Of a stretch of DNA of 64,000 bases, positions 55,747 through 64,000 are shown one piece after another. Source of the DNA: the human T2T-CHM13v2.0 reference genome, Homo sapiens; assembly GCF_009914755.1 (NCBI RefSeq), contig NC_060939.1; one strand, given 5' to 3'. How positions within the stretch are numbered: position 1 is the first letter of the stretch; every line of letters starts with the position of its first letter. Both the position numbers and the translations under genes were made by a program. The notes under the pieces were generated by a model. It worked only from the letters and a program-made list of their open reading frames with translations. It had not been told where the DNA came from and searched no databases.

Positions 55747-56315
55747 AGACAGAGCCAATAGATGATCAGTAATGATGGCCAATCATCAGCTAGAAACAAA
55801 GTACTTAGCAGGGCTTGAAAACACCAAAACTCTAAGACAACTGACCTTCAAAAACTTCAACAGCCCTGAATGAAAAGTCCAAACACATTCATCTACCATT
55901 CAAAGACCCTTTATTGTCTGTCCTCTGCACATCTCAGTAGTCTCTTTTTACCACACTGTCTATATACTGCATGAGCCATTTATATGAAACTATCTGACAC
56001 TCCAAGGCATCTTATGCTATATATTCAATCATGTATCCCTAGTAATTATCACAGTCCTGGCATATAGTTTGCTACTAAACGTTTCCAGAATGAAGGAATT
56101 ATCTTGTATCCAGGTTCCAAGTTTTAAGGTGATTCTTAACTAAAAAAAAAGTATTATAGCTCACAAATAATCTAATTCCTTTTTTACAAGTGGGATTGAT
56201 TTTAATCTTATCCCCTAATAACATCACTTTCATTTACTCCCATCTAAATATACTGTCCTAAGAGAGCAATAAGAAAGAGAGTTGAAGCTGGAGTTTGAAT
56301 AATTGAACATGGTCC

Positions 56316-56856
56316 TGTGATACCCTACCTTGTCTAAACCTGAGTGACTCTCTCCTAGTGGAGAGAGAGCCGGACAGACTCCATTTTAGTTTCTTCATGT
56401 GCAGCCCCCTTTACCTCCCTTCCTTAAGGGCATAACTAGTGTAAACTGACTCAAAGCACGTCCAGGAATGCACTTACTATTAAGATATTGAGGCAAGCTG
56501 CACCAGCAGCTCCTGGGGACGTGCTCAGTGAATGGCACCCAAAACCCCTGTATTTCTCTCTTTATGATAGTTTAAGCCCCTGCACCTGGAATGGTTTATT
56601 TATTTTTTTTTGTAACTGCTTTTGTAACCAATTAATTTTTTTAACTGTTTGCTAGCTCTAGCTCTGCTTCTGTAAAAATTGCTTCAGCTAAACTCCCCCC
56701 TCCCCTATTTAGACCACGGTATAAAAACAAAACCAGCCCCTTCCTCGGGGCCAAGAGAATTTTGAGCGTTAGCTGCCTCTCGGTTGCTCGCTAATAAAGG
56801 ACTCCTTAATTTGTCTCAAAGGTTGGCTTTCCTCTATAACTCGCTTGGTTACAACA
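56316..56856 (+). mobile_element. Solo ERV1 LTR, LTR6A/B (HERVS71)-like
   Basis: TG...CA termini (tgtgataccctacc ... ggttacaaca). 4-bp TSD gtcc at 56312-56315 and 56857-56860. TATAAAA at 56720-56726 and AATAAA at 56793-56798. The family call is from remembered consensus. Confidence 0.82.
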
Positions 56857-57394
56857 GTCCACACTGTGGCCTGAGGTGCGTCGTCCACCTGAGCTTCATC
56901 TGTTAGGTATGTCAGGGAAGATAAGCAGGGCGAGTGTGGCCTCATCAGAGGACCCCAGATCTCTGGCTTCCCCATCTGGCAAGTGCACATCTGTGAACAA
57001 AGACTTCAGAGCCAGATGACAAGAACGGCCCAAGCAGTCCACCAGGAAAACCTGGGCCCAGTGTACATCAATGCAGAGCATCAAGCACGGTGTAACAGGT
57101 GCACAGTTGCCTATTCCTGTTCAGAGATGACTGCATCTCACACACTGTAAAATGAGGAAATGCAGAGAAGCAGATGTAACTGAAGAAGACAGCAGGAGCA
57201 ACAAGGAGGGACAACCACGACCTAGGAAGGCAAGATGCCAGAGACGCCTGGACCCTACGCTAGGCTCAGTGCTTGTTATACTCTTGGGACCCAGTGCTTT
57301 CCCTCTCCATCATGTGGCATACTTGGCATTATTTCTTGTTTAAAATATTGTCCTTAGTTTTCACCTTTCCTAGGAGACACAGGCAAAACCTGTG

Positions 57395-57865
57395 ACACTA
57401 CAGTGTCTGGCACACAGTAGGTGCATCACAAACATCTGCTGAGTTCACACACTCTTGCCTTCTCAAACCTTCTTGTCAAGTCTTCACTGAAAAGGAATTG
57501 CTGATTGAGCAAGAATTAAACTTCTAGAGACTCCTGGATCCACTGAAGTTTGAGACAAGGTGTGATTTGTTTACTGCCATATTCCTAGCTCATAGCATAT
57601 TGTAGTCAATTAAAAAATGTTTGTTGAATCAGTGAGTGAATTGATTCATACATCATACTTAGCTATATATTTTCCGAGTAAAATTGATAAATTTAATAAT
57701 TTACTTCTAGTATAATTTTGCTTTACTTATTCAACGAACCTGACAATTCAACTAGGTGCCAGACACACCGCTGCTGAACAAAAAGAGGTATAAGATACAA
57801 CTTCTGTCTACAAGAAAGCCACGGTCTAAAGAGTAGAAACATATGAACAAATCATAACAATAAAC
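57395..57865. mobile_element. L2 3'-end remnants (both orientations)
   Basis: acagtgtctggcacacagtaggtgc, aaatgtttgttgaatcagtgagtgaat and ttattcaac...aggtgccagacac are degenerate L2 terminal motifs. Confidence 0.55.
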
Positions 57866-58617
57866 AGGCTGAATTCAAAATCAGAGGGGTTTGTTTCTAT
57901 TTTAAACAGCTCTAGTCAGGAAGTGTTAGAAAGTTCTAAACAGGAAATGTTCCAACACACCATCCAAGCATGAAGCAGAAGACACCCATAATTGAGTTTG
58001 CTGCCACCAACCCCAACAGCAAGAATTCCAGTCCTGCTGCTGCAAAGTAAGTGTCACTCTGATTTTATTACTGCTGTGTAACGCAGTTTTAGACCCTTTG
58101 TTTGTCACTTAATGTTCTAAAAAAGTATTAAAGAGAAAATATTATTATGGTGATGAGCCCATCCACTGCAGCCATCTCAACATCATACCAATTATAAGGC
58201 CTATCATTTAAAAAGAAAACTGTTAGTTTAATTTATTTATCCAAATATCAGTATTAGATAAACATGTTTGTCATCAGACTTTGGATTTATGGGTTAAATG
58301 GCATAAAAATATGATTAGAGCCTTAAAGTTTACACTTCTCTGGTTTGCTCAAATTTTTTGCAAAATAGCATATGCCTTTCTAAAAAATTGTTAGTATTTT
58401 TTTAAAATGAACATTAAAATATATATATTTCCAAAAACAAAATACAGCTCCCATTGGCAAATGGTGATGTTGAGATACAACAGACAACTTCTCTTGGGAA
58501 CCATTTAGTCAGTGATCACTTTTGCACTCTTTCCAGAAATGTCAATGCCTTTAAAATGTAGAAGTATATTATACAACTAAATTTACACTTATTCAGTATT
58601 GTGCAACATTTAGTACT

Positions 58618-59165
58618 TGTTCTAGCTATCTCTTGCTGAATAGTAAGCCATTCCAAAACTTAAGGAATTATTTATAGTTTAATATTGTTTATTGTTATTG
58701 TTTAGTGATTATAAATAATGTTATTTCTCATGGTTTTGTGGGTTGATGGGCACTACAAAAGTTCTCTTTTGGAGTCTTTCTTGCATTTGCGGTTGGTTGG
58801 CTGCTGCTGAACTCACCTGAAAGCTCAACTAGACTAAAGAGCCTAGACGGGTCACTTACATGGCTGGCAGTTCATATTGGCTGCTGGGTGTGATGCCTAT
58901 CTGACCTCTCCATGTTATCTGGAGTGCTCACAACTTGGTAGTTGCTCCCAAAGCACACAGGCAAATACCACAAAGCTTCTTAGGACCTAGCCTTGGAGGT
59001 TCTAGAATACAACTTCTGCTCCATCCTATTGGTAAAGCAAGTCATTGTGATCAGCACAGATTCAAGAAATGGGAGATTCGACTCTAACTGTCAATGTAAA
59101 GAGCAGCATGTGCATGCAGGGAGGAAAGAAATTGAGGGCATCATCTCGAAGACTATCATATCACA
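58618..59165 (-). mobile_element. MLT1-type (ERVL-MaLR) solo LTR
   Basis: tgttctagctatct.ttgctg...ccaaaactta, ttatttctcatg.ttttgtgg, catggctggcagtt, ttctgctccatcctattggt.aagcaagtca, cagattcaag...caca are MLT1 motifs. Confidence 0.7.
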
Positions 59166-59864
59166 CCATCATTCCAACTAATGAACATTATGTTTTAGAT
59201 GGGTAGTACTAACTACTCATCTCTCCCCCAGAAACCCAACTAAGCATGGACATATTGAGGAGAATGTCAGCACCATTAAAAAAAAAACTCTAGAAAAATC
59301 ACATGCGATGACTGAGGTTAATTCAGTCTGTCAATTACGTCAATATAATTCCCTTCTTGTAACCCTAAATATGGTGAAGCAGAATTGAATTCTACAAAAG
59401 TCTTTCATCTGTTTTCCTGTGGAATAATTAACAAACCCAATGAATGTATAAATAACATGAAGTCCGATTTATTTTAGATTTTTACCTCTTAATTTCAAAG
59501 CTTATAGAAATCCATAGAACTAATCATCATAATCCACAATGCCTGGACCAGAAGTCCTTGTTCTAAGAGTATCTTGTGGCATGCTAAAAACTTACTACTA
59601 ACTAGGAAATTTAAAACTTTTTGTTAGTGATTTTAAGAGAGCTGACTAGCTCATCACCACAATTCACACAGAGTAAGAATGGAGATTACTCTGCTGAGCG
59701 GATTGATAGTGATCAGAAAAAAATCACAAAAGAGGAAAGGAGATAGAGAAGAGGAAACATGCTGTCAATCCCTACAACTAAAGTGATTTTTCGAATGATT
59801 TGATTTTGTATTTGCAAAGGAAAGACAGCTTATTGTGATAGAATAAGAATCCCACTTCTATATC

Positions 59865-60159
59865 TTTTTTTTTTTTTTTTTTGAGACGGAGTCTCGCTCT
59901 GTCGCACAGCCTGGAGTGCAGTGGTGCGATCTTGGCTCACTGCAAGCTCTGCCTCCCGGGTTTACGCCATTCTCCTGCCTCAGCCTCCTGAGTAGCTGGG
60001 ACTACAGGGGCCCGCCACCACGCCCGGCTAACTTTTTGCATTTTTAGTAGAGACAGGGTTTCACCGTGTTAGCCAGGATGGTCTCGATCTGACCTTGTGA
60101 TCCGCTCACCCCAGCCTCCCAAAGTGCTGGGATTACAGGTCTGAGCCACTGTGCCCGGC
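59865..60159 (-). mobile_element. AluY
   Basis: Poly(T) followed by a full dimeric Alu. AluY diagnostics tgcaagctc, acgccattctcc and gttagccaggatgg are present. Confidence 0.93.
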
Positions 60160-60160
60160 T

Positions 60161-61013
60161 CATCTTCTTTTAAGAAGTGTCTACTTATGTCCCTTGTCAA
60201 TGTTTTAATGGAGTTGTTTTCTTAATGTTCAACTTCACTAATCATCAGATAAATGCAAATCAATGTGAGATACCATCTCATATTAGTCAGAATGGCTACT
60301 ATTAAAAAGTAAAAAAATAAGAAATTCTTGTTAGACTTCAGAGAAAATGAAATGCTTATACACTGTTGTTGAGAATGTAAATTAGTTCAGCCACTGTGAA
60401 AAGCAGTTTGGAGGTTTTTCAAAGAATTTAAAACAGAAGTACCATTCAACCAGCAATTCCATTACTGAGTATATGTCCAAAATAAAATTAAAAATTCTAC
60501 AAAAAGAAACCCAAATGCACTTGTATATGCGTCATGTTGCTATTCACAATAGGGAAGGCATGGAATTAACTTATGTGTTAATCAATAAATTGGATAGAAA
60601 TATGTGCCACATATACACCATAAAATACTATGCACACATTAAAAAGAATACAATCATGTCCTGTGCAGCAACATGCATACGTCTGGAGGCCATTATCCTA
60701 GGGAAATTAATACAGGAACAGAAAACCAAATACCACATGTTCTTGCCTATAAGTAGGATCTAAACATGGGGTACTCATGAATATAAAGATGACAACAATA
60801 GACACTGAGAACTACTAGATGAAGGAGGAAAGGAGGAGGGCAGGGGGTGAGAAACTATGAGTGCTATGCTTACTGCCTAGGTGATGGGATCAAATATATC
60901 CCACAATATATGCTCACTACCTTGGTGATGGGATCAATAATATCCCACATTGCTCAGCATCACACAATATATCCAGGTAATAAACCTGCAAATATACTCC
61001 CTGAATCTAAAAA
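60161..61013 (+). mobile_element. L1PA15/16-like 3' end with a short 5' inverted segment
   Basis: 60224-61013 is the sense ORF2 end and 3'UTR (tatgctcactacc.tggtgatgggatca...ctgaatctaaaa). 60161-60223 is antisense L1 sequence from immediately upstream in L1 coordinates. Confidence 0.8.
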
Positions 61014-61019
61014 ATTTAA

Positions 61020-63925
61020 GGCAGAGACAGAATAAGAGGGCAGAAGAGAAGCCTACATTCTCATCCACCACACAAAAACACCAAATTTTCACAACTCACT
61101 ACATTCAAGAAGCACTGTCAAAGGGACCAAAAATTGGGTGAGCAATCACAGTACCTGGTATTAACTTCATATCACTGAAACAGACATTGGAGAAGACAAA
61201 CAAATAAAAGACGGTCTAGAAGCAAGGATGCCACCTCTTTTTCAACCACCAGTAGTGGCTACGTCGTGCAGAGATAGTATGTTTGGGAGAGGGAGAACAT
61301 AGTTTGTGAGGCTTTGCAATAAACTCAGTACTACCCTGTCACAGTGAGAAGCAGAACCAGACTGTACTCAGCTGACATCTCCCAATGGGGGGAGCACTTG
61401 TATTGGCCTTACAAAGAGGAAAACCTCCCATCCCAGTATTGGGAGCTTCAGTTTTTGCAAGTCTTGCCATCATGAGTTGACGTGCTATTGGACTCTAAGA
61501 GAACTTAAGGGGAAGTCTAAGCCACAAGGACTTCAATTATTAGGCAAGTCATATTCTGAGCTGGGCTCAGAGCCAGTGGAATGTGGAGGGTGGGGAGAAT
61601 GGAGTCTACTGAGACAGCAGCCAGAGAAGCTAAGGGAGTGCTCACAACACCACTCCCCCACTCCCACCTAGCAGCAGCCACACAACACAGAGAAACCTGT
61701 GAATTTGGGAGAGGGAGAGCACAGTGACTGGAGGACTTTGCATTAAACTCAGTGCTGCCATGTCAGTAAAGATCTGGCAGAATTCATCACCTGCTGACTA
61801 AAGAACCCCTGTACCCAGAATAAAAAACAGTGACAACCAGGTAATACACCATGGGCATTGGGCTCTGAGAAGCGCCAACTTCAGGTGTGACCCAGTACAT
61901 TTCCAGCTGTGGGAGCTATGGTGAAAGACTTCTGTTTGAGAAAAGCAGGGGGGAAAGTAAAGGGACCTCTGTTTTGCACCTGATAGGCCAGCTCAGCACA
62001 GTGGGGTAGAGCACCAAGCGGATTCTTAGAGTCCCTGAGTCCAGGCCTAAGGTCTTCTTGGTCAGCATTTCTGCGCTTGCCCTGGACCAAAGGTCGAGTC
62101 CCAGACATTGCAGAATTTATCACAAGCTAATTAAAGAGTGCTTGGGCTTTAAGTGAGAAAGTGATGATGATTTGGTGGAAACCCCCTATGGGCCAGTAGT
62201 GTTGGCAGTCATAGAAGAGGCTCTTCTGCCTGCAGACAGGGCAAGGAAGAGTAGAAAATACTTTGTCTTATTCCCTAAGTGCCAGGTTAGCTACAGTAAA
62301 ATAGAAGAGCAGGTAAATTTTGAAGATTCTATGCTTTAATCTCTGGCTCCCAGGTAGCATCTGTGGACCCACTCATGGCTAGGGGAACTTACCACCCTAT
62401 AGGCAGAGACACAAACCTGGCTGGCTTTGCCACATAATAATCACAGAGTCCTAGGGCTTTGAATAAACATATGGTAGCCAAGTAGTGTTGCAGTGGGTCT
62501 TGCGTGAGACCAAGTTCTGTGCCTACTTCAGGTGTGAACCAGCACAGTCTCAGTGGTGGTGGCCACAGGAGTGCTTATGTTACCCCAACCCCAGCTTCAC
62601 ATGTCTCAGCACAGAAAGAGAGACTGCTGATTTGAGAGAATGTAAGGGAAGAGAACAAGAGTCTTTACTTGATAAATCAAGAGAATTTTTCTTGATGTTA
62701 ATTCAAGGCCACCAAGGCAGTACCTCTATGTGTTTGCATAAACTACTGTGCTATTGGGTTTGGGACCCAAGTTTCTTTGAATACCTGGAAAGTGTTCCCA
62801 AAGATAATGGGCACTAACAAGCCCAGACTGTGAAGACTACAGTAAAGACTGAACTCTTCAATGCCCAGATACAGATGAACATCTACATGTATCAAGGCCA
62901 TCCAGGAAAACACGACCTCACCAAACAAGCCAAGTAAAGCACCAGGGACAAATCCTGGAAAAACAGAGATATGTGACCTTTCATACAGGAAATCCAAAAT
63001 AGCTGGTTGTGGTAATTCAAAGAAATGTACAATATAACACAGAGAAGGAATTCAAAATTCTATCAGATAAATTTAACAACGAGATTGAAATAAAAGAATA
63101 TAGCAGAAATTCTGAAGTTAAAATGCTATTGTCGTACTGAAGAATGGATCAGAATTACTTAAAAGAATTGACCAAGAAGAAGATAGATTTAGCGAACTTG
63201 AAGTCAGACTGTTTAAAAATACAAAGTCAGAGGAGACAAAAAAGAACAAAAAATAAAGCATGCCTATAGAATTTAAAAAATAGCCTCAAAATAGCAAATC
63301 TAAGAGTTATTGGCCTTAGGAGGTAGAAAAAGAGATGAGTTGAACATTTATTTAAATAAATAATATTAAATCATATTAAACAATTCCTCAACATTTGATA
63401 TCAATATTCGAGTAACAAAAAGTTACAGAACATAAAGCAGATTTAACCCAAAGAAGACCACCTCAAGGCGCTTAACTGAACTCCCAAAAGTTAAGGATAA
63501 AGAAGTGATTCTAAAAGCATCGAGAGAAGAGAAATAAATAACTTTCAGTGGAACTCCAATACATCTGACAGCAGACTTTTCAGGGGAAAATTTACAGGCT
63601 GGGAGACTGGCATGACATATTAAAAAAGCTGAAGAAAAAAAAGACTTTTACTTTAGAATAATGTCTCAGGCAAAAACGGCCTTTAAACTTGATGGAAAAA
63701 TAAGAACTTTTTCCGACAAACAAAAACTGAGGGATTTCATTAACACCAGACCTGTCCTACAAGAAATGCTAAAGGGATATCTTAACCTAAAAGAAAAAAA
63801 GTTAGCGAGCAAGAAGAAATCATCTGAAGGTACAGAACTCACTAGCAATAGCACATGGAAAAACATTGAATATCATAATATGGTAAGTATGGGGTGCAAA
63901 AATCTCAAATAGAAAGAGTAAACAC
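61020..63925 (+). mobile_element. Old L1M (L1M1/L1M2-type) 5'UTR plus degenerate ORF1
   Basis: ORF1p C-terminal remnant DGKIRTFSDKQKLRDFINTRPVLQEMLKG at 63690-63780. The 5' region has an internal ~420-bp-spaced repeat (tttgggagagggaga...taaactcagt at ~61282 and ~61704). Confidence 0.8.
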
Positions 63926-64000
63926 ATGAACTTTAAAGTAGTTTTTTCAAATTCTGTGAAGAAAGGCATTGGTAGCTTGAGGGGGATGGCATTGAATGTA
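63926..64000 (-). mobile_element. Young L1PA ORF2 fragment running off the window end
   Basis: atgaactttaaagtagttttttc.aattctgtgaagaaag.cattggtagcttga.ggggatggcattgaat is the reverse complement of L1 ORF2 (compare 24711-24782). Confidence 0.85.

Noticed and set aside
56860-57340. GC-balanced stretch after the LTR that might be an ERV internal region or a processed pseudogene
   Set aside because: The LTR has TSDs on both sides (solo) and no primer-binding site. I could not recognise any protein or repeat in the stretch, so it is left unannotated.

Overview
This is primate, almost certainly human, pericentromeric DNA with no intact protein-coding gene and no prokaryotic system. Bases 1 to about 48,180 are divergent (monomeric-type) ~171-bp alpha satellite, reverse-complemented relative to the usual consensus. 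The monomers carry pJalpha/A-box sequence and I saw no intact CENP-B box. Two monomer flavours alternate in blocks. The array contains an apparently perfect 4,602-bp (27-monomer) tandem duplication, a ~99% identical 340-bp dimer duplication, and degenerate 6-, 8-, 9- and 12-monomer periodicities. It is interrupted by a 5'-truncated L1HS pre-Ta (ACG/G) element carrying a ~137-bp 3' transduction, and by a dead full-length L1PA3-like element with an open ORF0 and a probable short transduction. The satellite ends at a chimeric junction: alpha satellite, then a 5'-only L1 fragment, then a diverged D4Z4-homologous segment, then a CpG-retaining promoter-like stretch. The last ~15 kb is interspersed-repeat DNA (L1M/L1PA fragments, L2, a solo LTR6-like LTR, MLT1, AluY). 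Subfamily names come from remembered consensus diagnostics, not database searches. I found no wholly new biological system. The most interesting signals are the candidate nascent higher-order repeat, the L1 transductions and the satellite/D4Z4-like junction.
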